Shown here piece by piece: positions 11,039 through 24,400 of a stretch of 64,000 nt of DNA (position 1 is its first letter; every line of letters begins with the position of its first letter). Made by a program: the position numbers and the translations under genes. Source of the stretch: Haplodiscus bocki (Eukaryota); contig CBFHFQ010000351.1 of NCBI GenBank assembly GCA_965655095.1, positions 1 to 64,000 on the forward strand, in the 5' to 3' direction. The notes beneath the pieces were generated by a model. That model made no database searches and was not told the origin of the DNA. It was given only the letters and a program-made list of their open reading frames with translations.

Positions 11039-12497
11039 TTTTATGGGAAAAGTAATGATCAGCCGTTAACACTTGTTTCTCTTCTGCTGAAGGAAAATCA
11101 ATTTCGGTATTTTAACAGTTTTGATTAATACAACGAAGGGAAATAACAATACTGGTAATTATCATCAGTACTTCAAAATAATAATAACACTTGTGTTTTT
11201 GTACTTTCATTTCTCCTTTTCATTCCTTCTCCTTGGCGGGAAACATAATTGTTTATACGCCAAGTCAAGATACAAATAGGGAAAATTATTTATATTATTA
11301 AAACATCAAAGTTTGAATACCCTCTCTGGCGGGAAATAAACAACCTTTCCATCCATCGCTTCCCTCATAGGACGCGTCCTTTCCATCTCTCGACAGCAAA
11401 TAGACGGACCTACTCCGTCAGAGATGGATATCAAAGTGTTTATTCCCGCGCCGACATATTGCTTACAAACGAAATAATGTTTATTCCATAATTGGAGCAA
11501 TTGAATGATTCCTTAATTGGGAATCTGACAAGATTTTTAAAATTAAAGTAGCATGTATGGAAAACTAAAAATGATGGTAAATATAAAATATTCATGGTAA
11601 TTCATGCACATATTATCATTTTTCACTCAGTAGTTCTTAAGTCTTTACTCTCTAGAAATGAGGAAAAACTAGTAGCACTATTAGTTTATTCCTCATTCAT
11701 ACGAGTAGCGAATAGTGGTTTTCAGATAATTCCGTAGCCACTAGTAGTAGTATTTGTCTTCAGAAATGAGGAGAAACTAGTAGCAATACTAGTGTACTCC
11801 TCGTTTAGACGAGTAGCTACTAGTGGTTTCCGGATAATTCCGTAGCCACTAGTATTAGTATTTGTCTTCAGAAATGAGGAGAAACTAGTAGAAATACTAG
11901 TTTTACTCCTCGTTTAGACGAGTAGCTACTAGTTGTTTCCGGATGTTTACGTAGCCACTAGTAGTTGAGGCAGGCTGTGCTCAAATGAGGAGTGATTCCG
12001 GAATCAATCCGTATTCACCACAGCACTGCAGCACAGTATAATTATGGGAATGATTGTGACGTCACCACACTAGTAGCGACGGAACGCGTACGGAACAAAC
12101 ATTCACTCTTGGAGTCTTTCACGCTTTACTGCAGTAGCATTATTCTAGTAAAATCACAGCGTCAATTGGATAGCACTTTAGCACAGTAAATCTAATCAAT
12201 TTTACCTGAGTGGTAATTTTATATCGGATGAAATGAATAGACTAGTACAAATGTCGCACCTTCCAGAATGAAAAGCTCTGTGAATATCTGTTTGTTCCCT
12301 AACGGTTCCGTATTAGTCCGGATCAGTTCACTATGGTGATCCGTATAAGATACGGATCAGTAATATCAAAATTAGGAGGAACACGAAGTATGAAGTTTAT
12401 TGTGTTTTATATACAGTTCATCAACTCCCTTGATGGTCTAGGAATGTTCTTTTCTTCTGCAGTTCTTATCCGCAGGCTTCGCATGTATGCTGCGGCA
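10636..12497 (-). mobile_element. Solo LTR, family A, TSD GACTA/GAATA
   Basis: Minus-strand start TGCCGCAGCATAC, end CGTGATA (decayed terminus). TSD matches 4/5. An empty-site homolog is present near 41650. Confidence 0.9.
11654..11965. repeat. 108-bp tandem repeat x~3 inside the solo LTR, each unit with an internal inverted repeat
   Basis: AGAAATGAGG at 11654, 11762 and 11870. Hairpin GAGGAG-AAACTAGTA...TACTAGT-GTA-CTCCTC. Confidence 0.9.
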
Positions 12498-12578
12498 GAA
12501 TATATATTTGGAAAGTAGTATTGAAACCTACAACACTGCTCATCTCTAGCGAAAATGGCTGCGTTTTGTGTATATCTG

Positions 12579-12582
<4 letters not shown>

Positions 12583-12628
<46 letters not shown>
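12583..12628. repeat. (AG)23 microsatellite
   Basis: Direct observation. Confidence 0.98.
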
Positions 12629-12633
<5 letters not shown>

Positions 12634-15309
12634 AAAAGAGCTGCATTCAACTCAAATAATATATAATAATGAAAATTTTAGAGTACGCGAAAAAATTCTC
12701 AAAATTATAGCCTTCAAAAAATGAATAAAAAACAAGTTTTTCCTCAATCAATATGTGTTCTTCCGTCAAAATATGGTTGTTTCACTTACTTTTATGCCGT
12801 GAATATTTTTAAGGACATTTTTTTGCTACAAAAAAACTTTGATTCTTTTAAGAGTAAAAGCATATACACGCTTGATGATGTGTATCTTTCCGTTATATAA
12901 ATTTTGCACCAGTGGTAAAACAAATTATGTTTCACTATGTATCCTGTACGATTGCAAGCGCACTTTTTATGTTGTGTAAATTTTGACCTATGACTTCACA
13001 AAATAAGGATAGATACGCAAAAACCATGGCAATTTTTTACAAACGTCAAATAAATATAAAGCATGATTACATTAAAAAGCGCTCTATTTTTGCCTCCTAT
13101 AGCGTAATGGTAATGTCATTGACTAAAGTTAGGACTTTAAGCCGGAAGGTTTGTGGTTCCTTCCTAGGAAAGTTCTTTGAGCTGTCCAACGTCCCACTGT
13201 CTTTGACTTTGATATTTGCGGTTACTGTTGGAGGATAATCACCAAACTCAGAGTTCTTAAGAAGGATGATCCATGCTGCGAAGGTATAAGTGGAATGAAC
13301 TCCCGTTGGGTTTATATCTCCTGTAACTTGATCAATAAACTGAGTTGGTAGGTAACAAAAACTTGAAGTGTATTTTCGTGTGCACTTTTTCCGACTTCCC
13401 CTAAAACTCGTCGACTTTGCCATCATACTTGTATGAAGCAAGAAAAGGTACAATTAAAAAATTTATAATGTACCATTAACCTGTTTCAGTTCACTAAAGA
13501 AGAATCCAGGCGAGCAGCTGAGCCAGCAAATATTTCTCGACTTCTAAACAAAGATTCTAACGTTGAAAACAATCTATCAATTCTTCTTTTAGGATTGAGA
13601 AATCTACATACATTGGAAAAAATATCAGGAGCTCTGCTAGAAAAACCTGAGTGAAAAATACCATTTTTTAATGATCTTGTGTGTGCTCTTTTGAATTCTT
13701 TTGTTTTCTGTATTAAGATGAATATCACGAAACTTGCAGAAAAAAGAAGTTTTCTCCGACGAAATCAAGTAAACTTTATGCACAGCCATTTTCAGATAAA
13801 GCATGATGGGCCATAGGTTGGCCAATTAGAACCTTATTACAAAGACTACAAAAAACAATCCATGGAGTTTTTCTCAAAACCTTTTCCATAAACTAATTTT
13901 CCATTTTTAGATTAATCAGTCTTAGATTTACTTCTTTGACTTTCGGAATGTTACACAAATTTCTTTCCAATGCGGAAAGCTATACTCTTTTCCGGAAATA
14001 ATACCCAACATGTTTTGAAATAAACACCAATTTATTTAATTTTTTTGTATAGGAGTGTAGCAAATATTACAATATTACTTGAAGAAAATGTTACATATCA
14101 CGAAGTAATTCTTAAAAAAACAATGCCCAAATCAAAGAAGTTTTTTTTCTGTTTTAGAAAACGTCTTCAGCTTTTTCCTTTTGAATTCTTTCTCCGAAAT
14201 AGAAAGTAAAGGCTTAAATTCAATATTACGAATATACAAATTAAATTTAATGATAAAATTAATGAAGAAAACTAATCAGCCAAATTATACACCGAAACAA
14301 ATAACAAAAGAATTATGTTGCTCTGATTCAACAAGTTCAAGGACTTGAAATGATCTAATTATGGATAGCCCATGTAAAATAAAGGAGAAGAAGAAGAAGA
14401 GTTCCAACTCTTTGTACTGAGCTATAGTGAACTAAACGGAGATACAACTACAAAAACCGAAAAATGGTGACTGTTTTATAGAACATTTTGGATGAAAATC
14501 ATGCAAAAAGTTCAAAAAATTAAAAATGGACCTAGCATTACATCTAGCATCAAATGATAAAATTATAGCAAGAGAAACAACACAAAATTTTAAAAGTTTT
14601 AAATGCCAATCATTACTAACACAAGCTGAAAGAGCTGAAGAATTAGTACCATGTTTACCAGCTATTGAAAAAGGATATAGTAGATTGGGAGATGAGATTA
14701 TGGAATTGAATTCTTAATAAAATAGATTTGAAAAAAGAAAAAAGTGAATTTCATGGAAATTCGTCACAAAAAAATACAAGAAAAACAACTAAGAACAATA
14801 GGTGATGAGAAAAGGTCTGAGTTTTTTATAGCTGTAATGAAAAAACTTTTATCAAAATCTTAAATAATAAAAAACGAACTGTATAAATTATGAAAATTTT
14901 GATGGAGGTGCAGTTTGATAAACAAATTACAAAAAAAACAAGAACGAATCAAAAATGAAATTCATCAGAAAAACGGAAAAATTGAAGTTTATAAAGGTGA
15001 ACAATGTTTTTTGAAGAGGTTTATGGATTTCAAAAGATAAATGATTTTACATGAGATTACGTTTCTGAGAGAAGTTAATATTTTAATAAAAGAAAGTGTA
15101 GAAGGATCTTCGAAAGCGTTTGATATGTCTCTAAAAAATACAAGAAGATTACAATTTTTCCATAGATAATTCTGTTAAAACCACAATACAATTTTTTTAT
15201 GATATGAACATATTTTATGGTTTTGGTAAGGAAGATGAAATACTTAAGGGATAGATTACTGTTAATTTCAAACGAAGAGGGGCATTGGAAAAGATGAAGA
15301 ATAGCGGCA

Positions 15310-15690
15310 CTACCTTTCACTGAATTTTTTAGTCATCTTGATCTGAGAATTCAAGCAAGGTCGAAAATGAAAATACAAGAAGCACTAAACAAATTAGGAT
15401 GAAATACAAAAAATTACAAGAGAGACGGCAAATTTTGAATAAAAGATGGTATTTTTAATCTACACGCATTTAGAGAGGTACACTGGATAGCATACATAAG
15501 TATAGATTTTTTTCATTCTTCAGGTTTCTCATTATCTGATTTTAACAATAAAAGAAATGGGAATTGTATTTTTTTCTGAATATATGTTACAAAGAATGTT
15601 TAGTCACTGCGCTTCCGTTGTTTTAACACTTTTTACGTAGCAAATTCTTAGAAATGGACTTTATAGCAGCTGTATTAATTTTATATTACA
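15310..15690 (+). pseudogene. Adenain-like (Polinton) cysteine protease remnant
   Basis: Across frameshifts: GIFNLHAFREVHWIAYISIDFF...KRNGNCIF...SHCASRC...MDFIAAVLILYYK. His-Trp motif at 15481. Homologous to the copy at ~31 kb. Confidence 0.65.
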
Positions 15691-16459
15691 AAAAACCTGA
15701 CAAAGAAACAGAAATAATTCGAAAGACACACTCGTAGATGAAACAGTGATTGAGTCCATTCCAGAAGTTACAACGAAACGTAAATTTGTAAGAAAAGTTG
15801 ACCGACTGTTCCGCGAACCCATACGAAAATTGATTAAAATAAACAATAAAAAGTTTTTAAATGAAGTAACTGCTAAAGAGTTTAAAGATATTAACAGGTC
15901 TTTAAAACGTCAAAACAGTTTCACTTATTGTTTAAAAAGAATACTAATACATTAATTGAACAAAAAAAAGACCACATGAAACTTTTGAACAGAAATTAAA
16001 GAGATCAAATCCAACAATCTCATTAATTATAGCTTCAGCACTCGAAGAAGACTAATGGGTGACGGGGAAGAATTATATTAGACATATTTAACTCTATTTT
16101 TATTATAACGAAAAAGAATAACAAATTCATAAAATTTTCTCCTGTTTAATACAACGATAAAACTAGAATTAACAGGATGAAATAGCTACTTGCAACAAGA
16201 AGTGAGATTGAAGCGGAAGATGCCATCAAACATGATGAAACGAGATGAAAAAAAAAGCAAACCACCCTATTATTTTCTTTATTTGATCCTGAATTTGATC
16301 ATAAAGTAAAAAAGTTAAACAAACTATTCAAAAGACCTAAAATATAACCTAAAATCAACAACTTTTATTCCTGCTAGAAGTGGCGGTGATCTCAAATCAA
16401 AACATGCACACTACTGACATGAACATGAACTTGACGACTGTATTAAAAGAAAAACAAAA

Positions 16460-16580
16460 CAGCTCGATTTGTATGACAAGCGAGTTCACTGCTCCGACTG
16501 GAAACTGGAGTGTGAATCACAAATTTTGTGGAGTCTTGCCAGAAGGAATAGAAAGGTCCCAATTGCCCTTTTCGGTTGAT
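16460..16580 (+). pseudogene. Degenerate RING-finger remnant
   Basis: SICM...NHKFCGV(fs)CQKE*KGPNCPF resembles a RING C3HC4 cysteine pattern. Confidence 0.35.
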
Positions 16581-16903
16581 CTGAAATCGATGATCTCATT
16601 GAGTCCTATGATGAAGCAGATCAGGAGATATTGATTCCGGTTCCTAGGTCTCTGCAAAAGCGATGGACATTATTCTTATAGCGTAGTTAAAATTGAAAGT
16701 TATGAGACGTCGTGAGTTTATTGCAGGCTACATCGAAGCTTCTGTCCCGGCTAAATGATACCGCTGTTTAAATAATACTGTTCTTACTGACGAAAATTTA
16801 GAACGTCAGAATCGCGAAAACGATTTTATTGGAATCATGGGATACACGATACCACTTGTTATGAAAACGATCTTCCAAAACTTTAGGAAATCATCAAACT
16901 TGG

Positions 16904-18484
16904 TGTCGCAGCACTTTTGTGAAGCCTGCGGTCAATACCGCCCCGAACAAAAGACTACCCAGGATCCACAATGAAAATTAAACTTGCAATGAAGTATAAA
17001 TCTTTATTACATATTTTTAATCAGTGTATTCAAAAGTATACTGATGCATTTATTACACTGAGCACTTTAGTACACTGATCCGGACTTAGAATGAACCTTT
17101 ATGGAACAAATGAGTAATCACAGGGTGTTTTTACGTGAAAAATGCTGCTTTTAAATCAGTTCATTTTTTTCCTCTAATTAACAACAAATCCATCTTTTCA
17201 GTCTAATTATTTTGATTGATTGCGATGAGTGCAGTTCAAATATTGCCTCAAGTAATTTGGTGCTACAAGTAGCTGGCTTGTCTGAATTACAGTATATTGA
17301 CTTTCGCAGTGATTATCTGTTCCGTACTTGTTCCGTCGCTACTAGTGTGGTGACCTGACTTCCAATCTACTAGCTACATTGTGCTGCAGTGCTGTGTTGG
17401 AAACGGCGAAAGTTGAATGAGTACAGCCTGCCTCATTCCACTGCTACCGGAAACCAACACTTGCTATACCTATGAAAGAGGAGTAAACTAGTAGTGCTAC
17501 TAATTTCTACTCATCTCTGACAATAAAAATCAATGCCTTTATGTTATATGAATGAATGATGAATTGAAGTAGCTATTATGACTACAAAGGCGAGAGCTTG
17601 AACACTTTTACTTTTTACTTTTAGTTTATCTCATTTTTCTTTTTTTTCCAATATTTGAATTGGAAATATTCACTTTTCCAACTATGGAATTATGTTATTC
17701 TATTTGTAAAGGGAATGTCGGCGCGGGAGTTAGCACTTTGTTATCCATTTCTGACGGACCACATCCGTCCATTTTCCGTCGGAAGATGAAGAGGACGCGT
17801 CCCTGGAGGGAAAAATTGGATGAAAAGTGTTCAGACCCCGCCAGATTCGGCATTTCACCCTTTGATGTTATTTGTTGCGAGAGCATTTTCCCCCATTTGT
17901 ACCTTGACTCGGCTTGCAAACAGTTATGTTTCTCGCCAAGGAAAAGGTATAAATAGGAGAAATGAATAAGTGAAAGATTCAGTCATTTGCATGATGCCTA
18001 CAATTTTTTCGACAGCCAATAAGTTGATTTTCTCTATGAAATTGAAAAGTAGTCCTAATTGCTGTTCATTAATTCTCCCGTAGAAAATGGCAACTGTGTG
18101 GAACAAGCAAAAACTTGCAGCATTTGACAAGGAGAAATGTGCGGAACATCCTAGAAATAACTTGGCACGAAACTCAAAAGCTCCCAGATCACAAGAGGAC
18201 TATATGAATCAAGTTTCCGAAAAATTGAAAAGTGACAAAAAAGTTCTCCAAGGAGTTCAGTACGACCGAGAGCTGCATTTTAGGTGCTCTATCGCGACCT
18301 GATGAGTTTTTTCTCAACCCGCTAATACAGGGCCACTCCGGATCCGCCCCAGAGACATTCCGGAACGCATTTGGCACAAACCAAGGATTGAATCATGACA
18401 ACTTCTAGTGTGATCCTCATTCTGAAGAAAGCGTCTCTCAGAGTCAGACTACGCGAAATTCTGGCCCAGATGACTTTTACGACA
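16904..18484 (+). mobile_element. Solo LTR, family A, TSD CTTGG/CATGG
   Basis: Starts TGTCGCAGCAC, ends TACGACA. Carries the frameshifted MATVWNKQKLAA ORF from 18087. TSD matches 4/5. Confidence 0.85.
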
Positions 18485-19749
18485 CATGGCAGGAGCTAAA
18501 CGGCAGATAATCTCCATTACGAAGGCCAGTGGTGCAACTTCAGGAAAGAAAGACATGCCACTGGGTTTACTTTTGAACAGCCAAGAAATTTTAGCACTGC
18601 TTTGATATACATACCAGTAAATAAACTGAAAGAGTCAACGCAAATGATGCGCAAAAAAGAAATTGGAAATGAAAACGGCAGAAAATTGGAGCAGTTTCTC
18701 AAAGGTTCTGGAGATGAAGACTTGACAACACTTTGAGCGTGGAAAGCAGTCGGCACTTCACGTCTTTTCTGTTCACGGTAGTCCCAGGAAATGTCTAGAT
18801 CCGATGAAGCATCTTTTTTTGCATATCATCGAGTTACTCTTTCAAAATGTGGGTGTTTGAAATGAAGTCACCTGCATAAGTAGATTTAGCTTCACACAAG
18901 GTGTTTTTGGTTGTTTGATATTTCTGACGCTTCATACTTCCATAACCATCTGATTGAGTTGCCATCTAAATACGATCAAATCCTTGAGAAAACGTCCAAC
19001 ATTGTGACTTCTCAAAGTTTCAGAAATCTTGATCGAATCAAGTTTCGATTTTTGAGCAGATATGAATCTGCTTAAATTTTATTTTATTCAACATAATTTG
19101 TTACAGTTAAAATACTACTTTTACATCGCGAAAACAAAGCGGGAAAGGTCTGATATTCTGTAAAATTTAGCAAACAACTTATTTGGAATTGTGATTAAAA
19201 AGGCATTTCTGAAAAAGGGACTCACATTTTTTTGAACCATAGGATGTTCCAACCGCTCAAAACATTGCAACATTAGTTTGGCCCATCAATTCAAACAGGT
19301 TAAAGCATCTGTATAAGACGTTGAAAAGTAGTCTCAATGGGATTATTTTCCTTGTAAATTACCTGATGGTGTCCTCTGGAGAGAAAGAAACTGAACCTTA
19401 GCATTTGTCCAGCCTGTGATTTGACGCAAAAAAAGTTGTTGTTTATTTTATCAAAGTTCATTATCTAGATGAGGAAAGATCAAGTTAAAGAAGTATCAGG
19501 CAAATCCCCATCCCCCGAAATTGCCCTCCTTGGGCATTCTTAGTGAGGCAAAAATAGGTCCAGAATAACAAAGATAATTTACTACGGCCCCAAAGATGCA
19601 TTCCTGGGGCCGTAGAAAGTTATTTCTGGGCCCACCTCTGGGCTTCAGTAAGTTATCCAAGATTTTCAAACGCGGGATCACACATAGAATTTTTGCGACA
19701 GCGCTTGATAATTTATACAGTTCACGAAGTTATCAATCTGCAGAACGTA

Positions 19750-21450
19750 GAAATCTGGAATTGAAGAATTTTCTATAGGTGGATCTAGAAAAAGAACGAT
19801 AGCGATTACTACTTAAAGAAAACTGTGAGAAGATCTAGAGTTTCTCCGTTGAATATGAATTTCAATGTGTCTTGAACGTGATGGAGTTTGATTGGAGTTG
19901 AATTCTACATCGCGACAACAAAATCCAGAACGAAAATTTCCAGTTGATTGGCGTGATATTGAAATATATGTAAAACGAGAAGATCGTTATGGAGAAAATC
20001 GATTTCTTGAATTTGAGCGATTACGTGAATGAAAGTTTATAGGATAGGCTGAACGTTGTTCATTTGGATGACTTTGTTTCTGGTAAGTTTTAAAGTATCG
20101 TTTCAAGGATAACAGAAGTAGTTTCGATCGAGAATGACAATTCCGTTTTCTTTGTTCATCTTCGCAATGTTTGCAAAAATAGTTTGAAACAGAGTGATTG
20201 GATTTATGACAATAATTACAGTTATTGCGAAATTGAGGTTTAGTCTAATTATTCGGATCAGTTGTTTAAGTACACATGATTTCAGGTTTTGGATGACAAG
20301 TTTCAGCATATAACTTTTGAGATTCCAGTTTTGATGATACATTATTAATCTCCAGTGGTAGGTCAAGAGTACGAAGTTTTTCTTAAGTAATATTTTCAAT
20401 ATCAACAAGTTTAACCAGTTTATGAATTAGAAGTGAGGGTTCCATAACAGTAGATGTATGTTTAATTTGCCGTTCATGAGCCTAATCTTTCAGTTTTTTG
20501 GGTAGTATTCTGGTGGAAATTTCCTTTTACTTGAGGTTAATAGTTGCAGCAGATTCATTACGCCAGCCCTTTTCAACTAATTGTTGAACTTTCAGAGCAT
20601 AATGACGTACGTTTTCAATTTCTTCTTTCATTAAAACCTGAGCTTCAATTTGGGCGTAAATTGAAGCTTTCTGTGAATAATTTGCTTTTCAAAAGCATAT
20701 ACGAAAGCAGACCAGTCATTTTTGTAAGTTTCATTAAATCGCAAAAACCAGCTTAAAGCGATTGCAGATAAAGAACCTTGTAAAGATTCCATCTTTTCTT
20801 TGGGTCATTGACTATAAGCTAAAAGATCGAGAAGTTCTTTTCTCATAGTAAACATCATGTGCGCATCAACTCGATGTAAATATTCTTCAGAAGTATATAC
20901 ATGGTCAAGTCCATGAACAGTTTTCACAGATTTGTTCATCGAGACAATAGGTACAGTATAGTTCTGTGTGTTTACAGAAGAAAAGTTCATTGGATTGACA
21001 GTGGAAGATGATCAAGATGAAATTGCAGGGAGATTTTTCTGCATGTTAGGTGCAGTATGTGGCTGATATAACGTTCAACATGGGTTTGCAGTGGCGTTTA
21101 ACTTAGTATTTGCTTGAAACGGATTATTGTTGGTACTGCTTAATGACAAAGTTTCAATATTAATCAACTGAGCCAGAGAAGTCATTGACAGAATAGGAAC
21201 AGTTGTAGTTTTTGTTTTTAGGATAAATATTCGATCATTTGATCTCTTCGGTTGTGTTGCTACAGTTTGGTTTTTTTGAATTTGATTAATATAATGAGTA
21301 AATGAAATATACATTGTTATATTCCTTTCGGTTTATTTATATTGAGGAAATGGTAAATTTGCAGTGTTGTGAATGTGAAATTGATAACAAGTTACACCAG
21401 AAAAATTATCTTGAGCTGTAAACTTTTCAGATGTGTTTGGTTCATTATGA
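19750..21450 (-). pseudogene. gag: gag fragment of another Gypsy-like family
   Basis: Capsid-like start (VHGLDHVYTSEEYLHRVDAHMMFTM, 20805-20990), decayed knuckle CNYCHKSNHSVSNY (~20180-20220), Ser/Arg-rich tail. Confidence 0.6.
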
Positions 21451-24400
21451 ATATCAGAATTGCTTCGAGCGATTCTTGTGAGAATTGGTGATTTTGATTC
21501 AAAGAACGTGTAGACAGTTGTCGATTTCAAAAGACCACTTTTTTGTGAAAATCTTCCAACTCTCTTTAGAAATAAAGCTTCAACTTTGCAATGTACCTTT
21601 TTCTCCATTCATTAAATAACCAAACCAATTACCGTTGGCATCACCATACAGTCGATTATGACTTACATTTTCTGCTTTGATGAAGTTAGCTAATGTTTAT
21701 ATTAAATATCGATCAATTGTCCCATTTCTTTCATCATTACTGAAACCATTACATAGACGGTTGAATCCTTAATTTCCTCAAATTCTTTTGTTGCTGATTG
21801 GCTTTCTTCAGGTAGCTTTTGATTTTTGTCGTCCAAAGCTTTAGTGGTTGACTCAAAATTTTTTTGTGAATCATAATAATAATTCTATTTACCCAATTTT
21901 TCTTGTAAACTTTCATCATTTACTTGCGATTGTACTTCTTCTAAGTTTCTTACCGTCTTCTAGAGTATCTTTGCTTTTGATTGAACATAACATCTTAATT
22001 TTATTCGTAAACAGGTTTTGTTTCTCGAAAACGCTTTCTAATTGTGTAACATTTCAAGGGATAATTATAATTATAACTAAACAGACAATTTCCTCCTTTT
22101 TATCTAAAGAGGTAACTTTGCTATTGTTTTTAGTGAAAGTTTGTCTCAGGTGTACATTCAGTGATAGTATTTTTGTTTTCGTTGCAAATACAGTGTTTAC
22201 CTTCACTTTTCTTTTTAGATTACGTCAAACTAAAGGTATTTCGCTTCTTCGTTTTTCCATTTTTCACTGCAAAAGTCCTTACATTCATCGTAATTTTAAA
22301 CTAACCCAGCAAAAACTCTGCAGATGTTTTCTACGTCTTTTAAAGTTTGCTTAAAGAAAATAAATATATTGCTGTTGTTTCTTTTTGTTGTTTTTGATAG
22401 TTTGAATTTTGATTAGAAAAAAATTATCACACTTTTAAATCCTTATGTCTCTATATTGTATGAAATTGATAAATTGTTTTTTGGTTTTTTTCTAACATAT
22501 CCTCAAAAAAATTAACACCACCTTCATTTTCACCTATTTTTTGATTTTGATCTTCAATTTTATAATATGTGCGATACTGCTCAGGAGGTTTTCGTACAAA
22601 AAAACTTCTCTATCAACGACTTTATCTAATTTTTTCTTTATCAGATAAGTTTTATCTGAAAATGATGGCCCTACACTTTAGGTTTGATTCTCTCTAACAC
22701 ATTTCTATTTGTAGTTGCCAGATTGAACCACATTTTCACATTTCTGTTTTGGTAACCGTTTTTGACTGAATGACTTTTCACAAAAGTGGCATTTGTTTTT
22801 TTTCTCGGAACAAACACTTTTTCTTACTATAGAACTTACCAGATTCTAATTTTCTTTTACACCTTTTACAAAAAAAGATAATCATACAAATGGAAATAGA
22901 AAAATGTTTATTTTGCTGATATATTCTCGGAAACTTCTCGAAGCCCTTCTTGGAAAAATTTCTCGGAAATCAACTTCTATTTGTATAAAATTTGAGTTCC
23001 TTTTGGTTGTTCGTTAACAAAATTTATGTTTAGTACTTTACAATCGGTGTAGCCGACTTTTCTCAAAAGAATCAATCTAATTCTCGGAAATGTTTTTAGT
23101 AGAAACGTTAAATAACGATTCATATTCTATTTTGTCAAATGCATTGTCTTGTAGGCATTTCCTATAAAGTAAAAAGAATTAGTCGTCTGTTGTGCTTTTT
23201 CATAATGCTTTTTGTATTTATTCAATTTTTTTTTAAAAATCAACTCAAGAATTACTTTTTCAGTTGAAGTTAAAGCACAAGCATCACCAGAGGAAATTGG
23301 TATCACAATTAGTAGAAGACCAGTGTTCGAGACAATAGGTACAGTATAGTTCTGTATGTTTACAGAAGAAACGTTCATTGGATTGACAGTGGAAGATGAT
23401 CAAGATGAAATTGCAGGGAGATTTTTCTGCATGTTAGGTGCAGTATGTGGCTGATATAACGTTCAACATGGGTTTGCAGTGGCGTTTAACTTAGTAATTG
23501 CTTGAAACGGATTATTGTTGGTACTGCTTAATGACAAAGTTTCAGTAATAATCAACGGAGCCAGAGAAGACATTGACAGAATAGGAGCAGTTGTAGTTTT
23601 TGTATTTAGGATAAATATTCGATCATTTGACCTCTTCGGTTGTGTTGCTACAGTTTGGTTTATTTGAATTTGATTAATATAATGAGTAAATGAAATATAC
23701 ATTGTTATATTCCTTTCGGTTTATTTATATTGAGGAAATGGTAAATTTGCAGTGTTGTGAATGTGAAATTGATAACAAGTTACACCAGAAAAATTATCTT
23801 GAGCTGTAAACTTTTCAGATGTGTTTGCTTCATTATGAATATCAGAATTGCTTCGAGCGATTCTTGTGAGAATTGGTGATTTTGATTCAAAGAACGTGTA
23901 GACAGTTGTAGATTTCAAAAGACCACCTTTTTTGTGAAAATCTTCCAACTCTTTTTAGAAATAAAGCTTCTACTCTGCAATGTACCTTTTTCTCCATTAA
24001 TTAAAAAACCAAACCAATTACCGTTGGCATCATCATACAGTCGATTATGACTTACATTTTCTGCTTTGATGAAGTTAGCTAATGTTAATATTAAATATCG
24101 ATCAATTGTCCCATTTCTTTCATCATTACGGAAACCATTACATAGACATTTGAATCCTTAATTTCCTCAAATTCTTTTGTTGCTGATTGGCTTTCTTCAG
24201 GTAGCTTTTGATTTTTGTCGTCCAAAGCTTTAGTGGTTGACTCAAAATTTTTTTGTGAATCATAATAATAATTCTATTTACCCAATTTTTCTTGTAAACT
24301 TTTATCATTTACTTGCGATTGTACTTCTTCTAAGTTTCTTACCGTCTTCTAGAGTATCTTTGCTTTTGATTGAACATAACATCTTAATTTTATTCGTAAA

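Larger units (their letters stand above)
12630..16900 (+). mobile_element. Decayed Polinton/Maverick-like fragment
   Basis: Very AT-rich, dense with broken ORFs. Includes an adenain-like protease remnant and a RING remnant. Confidence 0.55.

Noticed and set aside
4588-12497. One full-length element bounded by LTRs 4588-5646 and 10636-12497
   Set aside because: 10636-12497 has its own TSD and an empty-site homolog, and is diverged from 4588-5646. The true 5' LTR ends at 9956, next to the PBS.
12407-12724. (ER)n and (SL)n ORFs
   Set aside because: Translations of the (AG)n microsatellite.
18485-18560. CATGGCAGGAGCT as a decayed PBS after the LTR
   Set aside because: CATGG matches the left flank CTTGG at 4/5 as a TSD and no clear gag follows, so a solo LTR is more parsimonious. 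The resemblance is not fully excluded.
21848-22354. Hydrophobic 150-170-aa plus-strand ORFs (also 24237 and 26602) as a membrane-protein family
   Set aside because: They are antisense to A-rich decayed minus-strand sequence, have non-ATG starts, and recur only because of the triplication.
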